From positions 186,001 to 249,426 of the forward strand of contig MEDY01000012.1 in NCBI GenBank assembly GCA_001724265.1: a DNA stretch of 63,426 nucleotides, in the 5' to 3' direction. Source of the DNA: Rhizaria sp. SCN 62-66. Lineage: Eukaryota. Below are positions 11,023 through 22,620 of the stretch, piece after piece. Under the pieces are notes generated by a model that saw only the letters and a program-made list of their open reading frames with translations, was not told the DNA's origin and made no database searches. Both the position numbers and the translations under genes were made by a program. How positions within the stretch are numbered: the first letter of the stretch is position 1; each line of letters starts with the position of its first letter.

Positions 11023-14000
11023 TTACGCGCGGGGATCAAAGATGAGCTTGTAGTTCCTCTGCGTCCTCTTCTTAAGCACAATCTTCCACATCTCGGCATA
11101 GTTGCCGTCCGCCGCGCCCGCTCCTGCCCCTGATCCATCGACCGCGGCGTTGGAGCCGTCGCCGAGGCCGGGCGACTCGATCGCGGGCGAGTTGTTCACG
11201 ATGCCGCCGGAGTTGCCCGAGCTGGTGCGCTGCGCGGAGTAGGCCTGCATGGCGCGCGTGAGGGCGTCGCGCTCGGCCGAGTCGAGCTCGAGCGCGTCGG
11301 GCGTGCCGCCGGGGTGTGTATAACGCGCCACGAAGGCCTCGAGCAGCAATGCGACGACAACGTTCATAAGCACCACAACGGTGCAAAAGAAGAAGCAGAC
11401 GAAGAAGACGCGCGGCCAGTGCGCCTTCATGGCGACTGTGAAGCCTTCGACGGTGAGGTTCCAGTTGTTGATGATCTGGATCTCGAACAGCGTGACGAGC
11501 GCGTGCGTCAAGTCGTTGAAGTTGTTCTCCCAGTAGTTGTTGTTGGCGTAGTACGTCTTCATGAAGTCCTCGTCCATCTTGCCCTGTGCGATGAGGTTGC
11601 GGAACAGGAAGATGCCGAGCATGGCAAAGAAGTAGAAGCAGCCGAAGAGAATCATCGCCAGGGTGCGGAGCGCGGGCCACACGCCCTTGACCGTGCTGAT
11701 GATCGCGCGCAGGCCGGCGAACCGCAGCAAGTGCCGGATGATGCGGAACACGCGCAGTAGCGGCAAGTCCCACAGTCGCGGGTTCACGGCTGCGCCGCCG
11801 GCTTTCGCGAGGCCCAGGACGACGCTGGCCGTGACCACGCAGAGGTCGAGCTTGGAGACGAGTCCGAGCCCCCAGTAGCGACTAGGTCCGTACGAGTACA
11901 TCTTCAGCACCATCTCGACCACGTACCAGCCCAGCAGCACGGCGCCGACGGCGTCGAGCACCTTGGGCCGCGGCAGCACGCCCTCGAGGTGCAGCGTGAT
12001 ATACACCGCGTGCACCACCACGACCGCGTCGATGCAGGCCTCGAAGGCAGAGAGGCGGACCACGTGGCGCACGCGGCGCCGCGCCGCGCCGCAGACCTGG
12101 TCGTCGGTCGACCGGTGCTTGCGGTGACCGTGCGCGGCCAGGACCAGGTCCCTGCTGTTGTTGCTGTTCGGATCACTACTGATGTTGCCGCTGCGAACGC
12201 CCGCCGTGGCGTACGGCGGGACGGGAGTCTGCGCGTTGCGACGACCGGTGATGGAGCTACTCTTGCTGTTGAGAGTTGTGACCGTGTTCGCGTTGACGGC
12301 CGAAACGACGCGGGGAAGCGCGTTGCCGCCGTTGCCGGCCGGCGCGTTGTTGCCGCCACGGCCGTCTTTGGCATACGAGAGCGCGTTCACCAAGCCTCCG
12401 TCGCCGGTGCCGCTACCATCCGCGATCTCGGCGCCCAGGGCCCCGACCCCGTTGTTGCAGTGGTGGTAGCGGCCGCCGCCGACGTAGCTCGAGCTCGCGG
12501 ACAGCGACGACGGCGACGGCGAGGGTGACGAGTCGCGTAAGTACCCGCCCGTGTAAGGGGCTCCCGACGACGTGTAGGTGTCCGTGCCCGCAGTCACCTG
12601 TACCGACCGGTCATCACCACCAGTTGCATTCACAGTAGTCGCAGAGCCATTCGCGGCGGCAGCGGCGGCGGCGGCAGTGCCGGCGGCGTCTGCGGCTGCG
12701 AGCACCGAGGTGTGCTTGGGCACGCGCGAGCTGCGGATGCGGCTTGAGTTCAGAACAACAGGAGCGTTGATATCACCGCCACCCGCAGTCTTCGTAGCCG
12801 CACTCACAATGTCGGTCTTGGACTCAGCGTTTGCGCTAGCGTTGCTGCCGTGAGCGGGGGCCCAGGGCGAGGCGAAGTGGGCGGTGCCGCCAACAACACG
12901 CGTCGGGTTCGCGCTCGCGTCATCGGTGTTGCCGACATCAGCACTGTCGTCAACTTGCTTTTGGTATCCGTCGTGCTGCTTTTGCTTCTGCTTCTGTTTC
13001 TTCGACTGAGTCTGCTGTGCCTGCTGTTGGTCGCGCCCCTGACTCTGCTGAGTCTGCTGAGACTGCTGCTGAGACTGCTGCTGAGACCGCTGCTGCTGCG
13101 ACGGCGGCGGCGGAGGGCGGTGCTGCTGCCTGAACTGCACGTCGATGTAGTCGCAGAGTCGCACCCACTCCCTGGCATCGAGCGAGCCGGTGTGCGTGAT
13201 GTCCATAGCGTTGAAGATGATGTCGATCTGCTCAACCGTCAGCGTCGGCCGCACGTAGCGCAGGAAGCGGTGGAACAGCGGCTTCGTGATGCGCGCATGC
13301 GCCAAGTAATCGAGCTCTAGGATGCTGTCCGGCGACGTTAGCGCTCTCGAGTCCAGGAACGTGCGCAGGATCGCGTTGGAGCCGTGGGCGGCGCTGAGGC
13401 TGGCGAGGTTTCTGCTGTCGCCGACGCTGTTGCTCTCGGCGGCGGCGCCCGCGTCGGGCGCGGGCAGCGCTTGCAGCTCGGAGACCGCGACGCCCTTGTT
13501 CTTAGCGGCGCTGCGCGTCTTGGATTTGCCGTTCTTGCTCTTGGAGCCGCTCTGAGCGATGGGGCTCGTGTCCAAAGACAAGCCGTGGATGCCGACAACA
13601 CGGACGCCGGCGTCGACGGCGGCCTCGGCGCCGTGGGACATGAGAGGGCTGTTGTTGCTGGAGCTGCGGAGCGAGCCCGCGAGGCCCTGGCCCAGCCTCA
13701 TGCCGAAGCCGGGCAGCGCGACGCCGGCGACAGCGCCGGTGGCAATGCCGTTGCTGTTGTTGATGCTGATGCCGTTGCGAGCAATAATCGCGAGGTCATC
13801 ATCATCATCGTCCTCATCATCATCCTCGTCTTCGTCGCTATCGTGCTCGCTGCCGCAGCCACAGTTGCCGCTGCTGGTGTCGCAGTCGCATTCCCCGTTG
13901 CAGTTCTTGCCCGCCGGCTGTGGACTCGATGGGCTGTTACTGAGTGCAGACCTCGGAGTCTTGTTGGCACCGCGGCGCCTGACCCCGCCGCTGCTCGCAG

Positions 14001-16374
14001 TCGCATCGTTGTTGCCGCCGTCCGGACCGATATTGCCGGAGTTCGCGACAACACCGTTCACACTGTGCCTGCGGCTGCCGCCGCGACTGCCGCTGCCGCC
14101 GATGCCGTACGCGTTGCTGTTGTTGACCGCCGCGGCCGTGGCGGCAAGCGCAGCGGCGGTGACGGAGCCCGAGCGCAGTGACCGCACGACGGCCCGGTGC
14201 TCGAGCAGCGTCGACTCGGTCTGCAGCAGCGACCACTGGTGCTTCTTGGCCGCGATCGCGTTGGCCGCGTTCGCGGACGTCGTGCTCACAGTCAGGCCCA
14301 ACCCGCCCGCGGCGCCGTTGCCGCTGCCGGGACTGCTGCTGTTGTGGCTGCTGGCGCGGGCCAGCAGCGGCGGGAGGCCGCCGCCTGCGATCGCCGCCGC
14401 AGACTTGCCGATCGAGCCAGCCTTCACGCCAACGCCTTGGCCGCCGCTGCCGTTGTACTGCTTGCCGTTGGCGCCGGCCTTGCCAGCCGGGGCGGGGTTG
14501 TAGAGCCCCGGCTGCAGTAAGCCGGCGTCGTCGTCGCCGCCGTCTTCGTTAGCGTTGGGCGCGTTCGTGCTGTTGTTCGCGGCTCGCTGGTTATACGAGA
14601 CCGACACCCCGCGGCCGCGGTCGAGGTAAGCGCGGCCCTTGGCCTTGGCCTCTGCCTCGCCGTGGCGCACGGCTTCCTCGGCGGCGAGCGCGCAGGCCTG
14701 GGGGTCGGACAGCACGAGGAGCTCGAACGCGGCGCACAGACACATCGTCTGGATCTTGGGCACCTCGGCCACGATGTCCTGCGCGCGCTCCTGGAAGCGC
14801 GTGTACACGGCGGCGAGAATGAGGTTGAACATGAGGTAGAGCGCGATGAGCAGGTAGATGATGAAGTAGAGCGCGGTCCAGTTAGCAGCCGAGTACGAGT
14901 CCATCATGACATCGGGGAAGTTGGCCGTGGTGAGCAGGATCGTCATCGAGTACGCACTGATTTCGAAGTTCTCGAAGTTCGGGTTCGGCCCGATGGCAAG
15001 CGCGTTCTTGCTGAAAAGGAAGAAACCCAGGAAGGCGAACGAGAGAATGGTGACAGCGATGAGCGTGACGACCTCGAAGACGGAGGAGAAGGTGTGTGCG
15101 ATGACCGTGACCATCTTGCGCAACACGCGCCCGCGCTCAATCATGAAGAAGGGCCGGATTAGCCGCGACACGCGCACGTTGGAATCGTGGTACGCGGGAA
15201 CTGTGAGCCACACGGCCATGTCGGCGAGCGTCAGGACAATGGCCAGCACCTGCGCCGACGCCCAGGTCGGCGCGGCGCACACGCGGGCGGAACAGAGAGA
15301 CGGACAGAGCGGACGAGCCACCTCGGGGTCGTGGCAGAAAGCCCAGAGCCGGGCCTCGACAAGCAGAAAGAACAGGATGCCAAGCTCGAGGTACGTCATG
15401 GCCTGGCGCAGCGCGTGCGAGTCTGCGTACTCGAACAGGCCGATGCACATGTGCACCGCGGCCAGGGACGCGCCCAGGCGGCGCCACCAGCGGTTGTGTA
15501 GCATGTCGTACACCGCCAGCGGCGACGGGCCGGGGTACATCGAGGTGGACGCGTACGTGGCTGCGCCGCCGCTCTCGTCCTCGTCATCGTACTGGTAGGC
15601 GTAGTTCGAGCTCTGCTGCTGGGGCCCGCTGCTGCTGTTGATCGGGGCCGGTGCGCAGCCGTCGTCGCTCATGGCAACGTATTCATGCGACGAAGCCCCA
15701 TTGCTGTGATCGCCAAACATCGCGTCGCCGCTCTTCACAATCGCGTTCGCGCTCTTGCCGCTCGGGTTGGCTCTTCCGCCACCGTTGCCGGTCTGGGGCA
15801 GAAACACACTTGGCATCGCGTGGCCCGTACCAGCGCCGCCAACAGCGGCACTAGTGCGAGGATCAGAGCTGTGGTTCATCGCGCTCTGGATGCCCAGGTT
15901 GTTGATGCTGCTGCTGTCGTTGACCGCGGTTCTGCAGGCCGCCGCGCTCGCGATCCGGCGCCGCGACGCGCAGCAGGGAAACAGCGTGCCCTCCTCTTGC
16001 ACACGCACCTGCGGTGGCCGGCCTTTGACGGCGTCAATCAAGTACGTCCGCGCGACGCGCAGGTGCTTCGGAACGGGCTCTCTCGCGTCGCCGCCGTCGC
16101 CGTGGGCGGTGTTGGTCTCGGCGCTGCCGTAGTCCTCCCCGTCATAGGGCGCCTCCTCATGGACGACTACAAGCTCTTCAATGCCGCCCGAGAACACGTC
16201 GGGGGAGAGCGGGGAAAAGAGCCCGTTGATGTCCTCCTCGGTATCGTTGTCGTAGACGTAGTTGGTCGCGTTGGGGTCCGTAATGCGGTACACCGAGGCC
16301 TGAGTGGGGAATGTAAAGCTGTTGCTGCTGGGACGAGCCGGGCGGGCCGCACCGGCGTTGCGCAGGATCGGCAT
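11023..16374 (-). CDS. TPC: Two-pore channel (TPC), single exon, 1783 aa, very long low-complexity linker with an EF-hand-like motif
   Basis: Two 6-TM repeats. Pore 1 ILLTTANFPDVMM and pore 2 TLFEIQIINNW; S4-like RVSRLIRP and LRVFRIIR; DITHTGSLDAREW loop in the linker; TAA stop. Confidence 0.92.
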   Translation of the reverse strand: MPILRNAGAARPARPSSNSFTFPTQASVYRITDPNATNYVYDNDTEEDINGLFSPLSPDVFSGGIEELVVVHEEAPYDGEDYGSAETNTAHGDGGDAREPVPKHLRVARTYLIDAVKGRPPQVRVQEEGTLFPCCASRRRIASAAACRTAVNDSSSINNLGIQSAMNHSSDPRTSAAVGGAGTGHAMPSVFLPQTGNGGGRANPSGKSANAIVKSGDAMFGDHSNGASSHEYVAMSDDGCAPAPINSSSGPQQQSSNYAYQYDDEDESGGAATYASTSMYPGPSPLAVYDMLHNRWWRRLGASLAAVHMCIGLFEYADSHALRQAMTYLELGILFFLLVEARLWAFCHDPEVARPLCPSLCSARVCAAPTWASAQVLAIVLTLADMAVWLTVPAYHDSNVRVSRLIRPFFMIERGRVLRKMVTVIAHTFSSVFEVVTLIAVTILSFAFLGFFLFSKNALAIGPNPNFENFEISAYSMTILLTTANFPDVMMDSYSAANWTALYFIIYLLIALYLMFNLILAAVYTRFQERAQDIVAEVPKIQTMCLCAAFELLVLSDPQACALAAEEAVRHGEAEAKAKGRAYLDRGRGVSVSYNQRAANNSTNAPNANEDGGDDDAGLLQPGLYNPAPAGKAGANGKQYNGSGGQGVGVKAGSIGKSAAAIAGGGLPPLLARASSHNSSSPGSGNGAAGGLGLTVSTTSANAANAIAAKKHQWSLLQTESTLLEHRAVVRSLRSGSVTAAALAATAAAVNNSNAYGIGGSGSRGGSRRHSVNGVVANSGNIGPDGGNNDATASSGGVRRRGANKTPRSALSNSPSSPQPAGKNCNGECDCDTSSGNCGCGSEHDSDEDEDDDEDDDDDDLAIIARNGISINNSNGIATGAVAGVALPGFGMRLGQGLAGSLRSSSNNSPLMSHGAEAAVDAGVRVVGIHGLSLDTSPIAQSGSKSKNGKSKTRSAAKNKGVAVSELQALPAPDAGAAAESNSVGDSRNLASLSAAHGSNAILRTFLDSRALTSPDSILELDYLAHARITKPLFHRFLRYVRPTLTVEQIDIIFNAMDITHTGSLDAREWVRLCDYIDVQFRQQHRPPPPPSQQQRSQQQSQQQSQQTQQSQGRDQQQAQQTQSKKQKQKQKQHDGYQKQVDDSADVGNTDDASANPTRVVGGTAHFASPWAPAHGSNASANAESKTDIVSAATKTAGGGDINAPVVLNSSRIRSSRVPKHTSVLAAADAAGTAAAAAAAANGSATTVNATGGDDRSVQVTAGTDTYTSSGAPYTGGYLRDSSPSPSPSSLSASSSYVGGGRYHHCNNGVGALGAEIADGSGTGDGGLVNALSYAKDGRGGNNAPAGNGGNALPRVVSAVNANTVTTLNSKSSSITGRRNAQTPVPPYATAGVRSGNISSDPNSNNSRDLVLAAHGHRKHRSTDDQVCGAARRRVRHVVRLSAFEACIDAVVVVHAVYITLHLEGVLPRPKVLDAVGAVLLGWYVVEMVLKMYSYGPSRYWGLGLVSKLDLCVVTASVVLGLAKAGGAAVNPRLWDLPLLRVFRIIRHLLRFAGLRAIISTVKGVWPALRTLAMILFGCFYFFAMLGIFLFRNLIAQGKMDEDFMKTYYANNNYWENNFNDLTHALVTLFEIQIINNWNLTVEGFTVAMKAHWPRVFFVCFFFCTVVVLMNVVVALLLEAFVARYTHPGGTPDALELDSAERDALTRAMQAYSAQRTSSGNSGGIVNNSPAIESPGLGDGSNAAVDGSGAGAGAADGNYAEMWKIVLKKRTQRNYKLIFDPRA

Positions 16375-17871
16375 CGGTACAGGCGCACGGGCAGCTCACT
16401 GATGACGACCGTGGTGCAAGTGTCTGAACGATTTACTGATAGTGAACGGCGTGCGCGCGAGGCGCAGGGCAGGATGAAAGGTGTTGGGCGCGGAAGATCT
16501 CTGGTTGAGAAAAACCTAGGACGTTCTCGAGACAACCAAGGTTTCTGGATGGCAGCATAGCACGGGGCAGCAATTATAATACACGTTGTTTACGAAAAAT
16601 GAGTTTGAGATTCGCCAATCAATGAGGAATATCGTAGCCGATGGGAGGAGAGATGCCGAAGCAGCGACAGGAGTGTGCTCAGCTCGACCGCACAGCGCGA
16701 TGCCGTTAGCAGACATAACGAGAATCTAAATGCTTCTTGATTTGACTCACAGGTAGTACACATCATGTTCAACATGATATACAAGTTTCAACGCATCTTA
16801 ACGAATTTGCGAGGCACAGGGGAGTATAACTCCACGGCCTTCGCTCACTGCAGCCTCTCGCCGCCACGTAGCACTCCAGATGCCGAGGAAAAGAACTAAA
16901 ACAGAACATTCGGCATGTCTGAAGTGAAGTTAATCAATGCCCTTAGGTTTAAATTCTTGTCATGCCACACGTCCATAGTGGTTCTGCTTGGTACCACTTG
17001 AATATTTAACATGCCAAAACATATCATATACTCAAGAGTCTACGATTTGACCTGCACCAGTGTAAGAGACAAGTATGATTGATACACAGCAAGATGTTGC
17101 TTATATAACATCATATGATTTCCATACGCTTTACTAAGTGTTTTTTAACACGTTGACCTATGTTTCTAAGATGTGATGTGTCAACATGAGTGCATCTATG
17201 CCACGTAGGATCATTGGTGAGGACTGGACACTTCACGCCAAGTCATGTGTTTGAGTCAGGATTAAGCTCCCTCGTTGCCATCGCTGAACATATACAACAA
17301 AATCACAACCTATAGATAATGAAGTACATGGTGTACCATCTCCAAGTAACCCTACCTACTTTAAGCGACCTTAAAGTGTCATAATGAAACAACTTTCCTG
17401 ATATAACAACGCAAAAGATCATATCCTGCTATGGAATATTAATTGCCATAGTTAAGCGTGCAAGTTAAATAACATATCCTTGTTTAATATAAGTCCATCA
17501 ACGATTCAAGTCACAAAGTACCAAACAATATCGTTTTGGCTGCTGCAGTCAAAGCCAATGCCCGACTGGCCAGCAAAGCAAACGGCTCAGACTAGAAACT
17601 CTGAGAGTCTACCATGCGCCACAAATCCGTCATGACGAACTCAACACCAATGATTGATTCACCCCTATATAACAGAATGCGATATTAAAATTGTGTCACA
17701 GGAAACCTTCACTATATTCTTCTGTGATCTCATTTCTCATTGAACGGTTACTCTCTCCTCGTTCCCTTCCTCGATCGCTCTCTCCACCAGCTTTCCTCTC
17801 TCCCAAGCACTCAGACAAGCACACCACTATCTGTAAACTACACCCACGAGGAGGGTTTTTCACCGCCTTTA

Positions 17872-19438
17872 ATGAGCAACTACCCTTCGCACGGCCACGG
17901 TGCCCACGGGCACGATGACGACGACGACTACGACGGCGACGGCTCCGCCATGTCGCCGTCCCACTCGGCCGCCGCCGACGCCGAGGCCGCCGCCGCCGCC
18001 GCAGCCGAAGCTGACGCCGCCGAAGCTGCGCAGCAGTCGCAGGAATTCAAGGACATTATGATGGAGAACGAGATCCTTGCGAAGGAAAACCGTCTGTTCC
18101 ACGCGTACCTGCACCGCCACCTGCCCGACCTGCGCGACGACGAGCTCGACACGGTCGACCTGCCGCTGCCGCCCGGCGCGGCTCCCGCGTCGGGCAACAT
18201 CCCGCTCGCGCTCAAGTTTGCTATGGCGCTGCAGGAGCAGGACCTGCGCGTGCAGCAGCTCAAGGAGCTCAGCGACAAGGTCGCCGAGGACACGTCGCTG
18301 CTGCGCGCCATTATCGAGGCGATCAAGATCCGCACGGACGAGCTGCGCAAGGACACGTACGAGTTCCAGCGCGACGTCGTGGTCCGCGGCGAGCACCCGC
18401 GCTCGGGGCAGATCATGGCCGAGATCGTGCTGACGTTCCTCGCGCAGCGGCTCTCGTCGCGGCACTCACTGGCCCAGACGCTGACGTCCAAGGCTAAGGT
18501 GCTCAAGGACCAGCTGGGCAAGCTCGAGGCGCAGACGCAGTCGCGCGAGGGGCAGAAGGGGCGCCCGCTGTCGACGGACTTCCACCAGCTGCAGATCAAG
18601 AACCAGCAGTCTGCGCAAAAGGTGCGCGAGCTCAACGCTGACCTGTTCCGCGCAAAGTCGTCGACGGTGCGTGTCGTGCAGCAGCTCAACTCGCGCCGCA
18701 AGGAGCTTGCAGAGGCCACGGCGCGCGGCGCGCAGCTGCAGAGCGACAAGAAGGAGCGCTCACTGGCCGCGGAGAGGCTCACGACGGAGCTGGCCACGGT
18801 CAAGAATGAGGTCAAGGCCGACCAGGTACGGCGAGCAATAGGCCGTGACGACATGTCTTTTGATGAAGCTAATAGCAGTCTATGATTAGTATATCATCGT
18901 GAATGATCTATAATTTGACATAATCTATTAAACTAACACTTTCTCACTTTCGTATCGTACTTGCGTTTGTCTTATCTTTTTCCTCCTCACAGGCCCGCCA
19001 GCGCGTGCTGACGGTGCAGCAGAGCAACCCCGACGTGCCGCACGTGATCGACTACGTGCAGCAGAAGGCGCTGGCCGCCGAGCTTACGGCCGAGGTTCGC
19101 AACTGGGCGCGCAAAGTCGAGATCGCGCACATGGCCGCCGCCAGGGCCAGGTACGTCTATGGTGTCGCCGTCACTAGCTATCACAGATAATGAACGGGAT
19201 TTGAACCATGCTATTGATTTGTCTACGTTGTGCTGGAGTGATGTGCGATCATTTGATATGAAATCATATGATAGCTCGACTAATCTCTCACTTCCGTTTT
19301 TGTTGATTATGTCGTTCCCGCAGGCAAGCGCTGGCGCGCGCGACGGCGCTGCGGACGCAGCAGGCCGAGGCGGTGCGCAAGAGCCTCCAGGCCGGCGGCT
19401 CCATGTTCCTGCCCCCGCTGGCAGGGGCGCGCAAGTGA
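17872..19438 (+). CDS. CCDC113: CCDC113/CFAP263-like ciliary coiled-coil protein; exons 17872-18825, 18993-19150, 19324-19438
   Basis: ENRLFHAYL, YEFQRDVV, DFHQLQIKN and PHVIDYVQQK...WARKVEIA match recalled CCDC113 motifs. Canonical introns; TGA stop. Confidence 0.8.
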
Positions 19439-20169
19439 ACAAGATTGCCGTGCGCCTAAGTCAAATCAAATGACATGCAAACAAAGAGCAACACAAGTCA
19501 ATGGTATTGTGCCACACTTCTTAGTCTATGTTGCGTTAATTTGGAGTACTTTATTGATGCTTTGTATTTTGAACAGGATTATAACTCGGGCCAGTGAAAT
19601 AATTAAAATACATGCACGTATTCACCGTAGTTACAAACAGATCACGACAACATAGCGCGTTCAGTTGCAAGCCACCAATTTATAAAAAAACACATGTTAT
19701 TTAGGATGCACAAGAGATTATCGGGGTGAAATAAACATCCTTCAACTTAGCATTCGCAGAATCATATACATTGCAAAATAATTTAGTAAACACAAGCTCA
19801 CAGTCGCTTGTTCTCGTTGTCGCTCACATAATTGCGATCTTCAGGGGACGGTGTAGTATGCGGGGTCTCTCGCACAGTGACACTTCACGCTCACATTCAA
19901 ACGTCCATACGTATGGTTACACATTCACACACGTTGCCTAGGGTGGTTAAAGAAAACATGACTTCATGTTGAAATTGTTTGATCGCACACATGGTTACGA
20001 TCCAAAAGAAAAATGGGAACTAAAATAGTTGTTCCTCGTTACGCCATCTTGATTGCAAACAGAGTTATTCACCTGTCCAATGCTCACAGACACTCGCTGT
20101 CAGTCCGATGTCCAGTCGCAGCAAGGCTGGCGGCCACTCAATCTCGATGGCTTCTATGGGCGCGTCACC

Positions 20170-21062
20170 TCAGTGGGGTTGGGGCACGTGGCCGTCGACG
20201 TAGAAGTTGCGGCTGAACTTGGGCAGCGTCACCTTCATGCCGTCCTGCGCCTTGGTGAGCGTCAGCTGGCACGCCAGGCGCGAGTTGGGCGTCAGGCAGG
20301 CCGCCTGTGTTGTGGTTACAGCGAGACACCAACGAAAGCAAAGAGTGTCCGAGAGCAGTGAGACAATGGCATGAACGCAAGCAAATTAAAGGGATATATG
20401 CACAGGATGGAAGGTCAGAAACAAGAAACTTCAAAACACGTTAAAAAATCAAAGTACAAGAAACATAATAAAATAAATTATCGAATAAATGACATATATC
20501 ATGTTAAATCTATGCATTTTGTTCGTACCTGGTCGAGCATGTCCTCCTCCTTCTCGGTGGCCTCGGGGAAGGCGTTGAAGGACTTGTCGTCATCGATGAT
20601 GACGTGGCACGTCGAGCACGCCAGCGAGGCCTCGCACGCACCCTCCAGGTACAGCACGGGCGTCGTCTCTTGCAGCACGCGGCACAGGAAGAGCAGGTTG
20701 TCGCCGACCTTGCACGTCACCGGGTGTTCGGTGCCTGCACGGTCTGTGATGTGGATGGTGAGCTTGTCGGCGCAGTCGCGCGGCGGCAGGCGCTCAAAGC
20801 CGCCGTGCGGGTCCAGCTCAACGTTCAACGCCAGCTCGGCCGCGCGCTTGGGGTCCACGGGGCGGGCGACGGCGCCGAAGGTCTTCGCAGCACCCGCAGC
20901 GGAGTCGCTCGAGAGAGAAGCGAAGGGGGAATTGATGACGCTACCGCTGGCGCCAGGTTGGATGCGGGGCAGAACGCGCGTCGTAGCAATCGAGCAGAAC
21001 GCGGTGGTGATGATTGAAGTGGAAGCGATGCGCGGAGCAGCGCGGATGGCCTTTGTAAGCAT
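20170..21062 (-). CDS. FDX2: Mitochondrial adrenodoxin-type 2Fe-2S ferredoxin; exons 21062-20529, 20304-20170
   Basis: EGACEASLACSTCHVI, EEDMLD, SRLACQ, C-terminal RNFYVDGHVPQPH; presequence-like N-terminus; TGA stop. Confidence 0.93.
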
Positions 21063-21330
21063 TGCTGTTGGCGGGGTAGGAAGATGCGAGGCGGGAAGGC
21101 CGAAGGTGCGGGATCAGAAAGTGAATATTTGGGCGCAATATAACACTATGCGTAGGATAATTTAGTAGGAATGCCAATGAGTTAGCGTTAATATATGCTT
21201 GATTTGCCATACGCGCACTGACGGACGTATGCGTCTGTTTTACTCACTCTCCGCACTTCCTTTCCGTCATCCCTCTCTCAGTCTCGGTCCCCCAACCACA
21301 GCGTCAGACTCGCTCTGCACACTCGCAAGC

Positions 21331-22620
21331 ATGTCCCACCGCCCGGTGGCGTCTCGTGGCCACTGCGATTTATACAAGTCAGACTTGACTCTACTGCGCC
21401 CGGGTCAATGGTTCAATGACTCCCTTATTCACTACGCCTTCGAGTACGTAATGCAATTTCGACCACAACTGCAAACCCCATCATCACTATGTTATCTTGC
21501 GTCGTATCTCGGTGCGACAAGAGTACTTCAACTAAGCGTGTATGCCCTGTTTACTCGTATAACTCTGCTTTTTATTTCTAGAGTTATTTCTGACGAGTGC
21601 AGCAATATCACTCTGATCCCGCCTCAAACAACGTTCGTGCTGCTACATGAACGCGACGACGACGACTTTGCCGACACCGCAATAGGTACTTTCAACACCA
21701 ACAAGGCTCTTGCGGCCTTGGTTATAGGGTCCGGCATTGAGGACAACTCTGTTGAGAAGGCAAAGCTGTGCTTCAACCGGTTCCCAGCGCTCTTTGCACT
21801 GAACGACCACAGCAGCAACAACACCAACCACAGTCACAATTCGAGCCCCAGCAGTCCGGGCAGTAACAGCAACATAAGCGGCGTCGTCGGGCTCGCTAGC
21901 GGCAGCGCGATGACGGTGGGCAACAGCGGCGGCGTCGGCGAGCACTGGACCGCGTTGCTGTGGCTGCCGCCTTCTCTCGCACCGGACTCTGTGCTGCCCA
22001 CTGACGACCGTCTGCAGCAACCGAGTGGCCCTAAGCAGCGAAGCGGTCAAGATGAGTGCGCGAGCGCCTGTGCGCGCAACGACGGTGGGCAGTTCGTGCT
22101 GCTGGACTCGCGCTCACGGTCGGCGACCGCGGTGCCGGTGACTGTGAGCACGCTCGCGCACCGGCTGCACGCTCTGCTGTTCGCGCACAAGCGCAAGCAG
22201 CTCACGAACAATAGCGATGCCGCGACTAACGAGGCCGGTGTGAGCGCGTGCGTTGATGAGAGTGTGGCTGTGCTAGCCGGTGCTGCTTCTGTGGCCGTGG
22301 CTCAGATGCCAGCTGTCGCGAACGCGGTGTCGTTGTGTCGTGATTTGTTCGACCGAGCGCTGCCGCAGCAGGCGAACTCGTCCGACTGCGGGCCCTTCGT
22401 CGTATTGTACGCGCGCATCATCGCGCAGCTGACGACGAGCAACGAGGCTGCAAACAAAAATCACAAATTTGTTAACCGTGAGAATGGGTCAGTTATGCAA
22501 TTCAACAATGTGGCTGTGAACGTTGCAATGCGGGCTATTGTGACTCAAGCAACAGCAGATGCGGCTGCTGGTATCCGTGACTGGTTACACACATGTGTCT
22601 TATCCATGGACAAGAATTGA
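21331..22620 (+). CDS. SENP8: SENP8/DEN1-like Ulp1 (C48) protease; probable intron 21444-21581
   Basis: LYKSDLTLLRPGQWFNDSLIHYAFE, catalytic EHWTALLW, FVLLDS and QQANSSDCGPFV; TGA stop. Confidence 0.82.
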   Translation: MSHRPVASRGHCDLYKSDLTLLRPGQWFNDSLIHYAFEYVMQFRPQLQTPSSLCYLASYLGATRVLQLSVYALFTRITLLFISRVISDECSNITLIPPQTTFVLLHERDDDDFADTAIGTFNTNKALAALVIGSGIEDNSVEKAKLCFNRFPALFALNDHSSNNTNHSHNSSPSSPGSNSNISGVVGLASGSAMTVGNSGGVGEHWTALLWLPPSLAPDSVLPTDDRLQQPSGPKQRSGQDECASACARNDGGQFVLLDSRSRSATAVPVTVSTLAHRLHALLFAHKRKQLTNNSDAATNEAGVSACVDESVAVLAGAASVAVAQMPAVANAVSLCRDLFDRALPQQANSSDCGPFVVLYARIIAQLTTSNEAANKNHKFVNRENGSVMQFNNVAVNVAMRAIVTQATADAAAGIRDWLHTCVLSMDKN

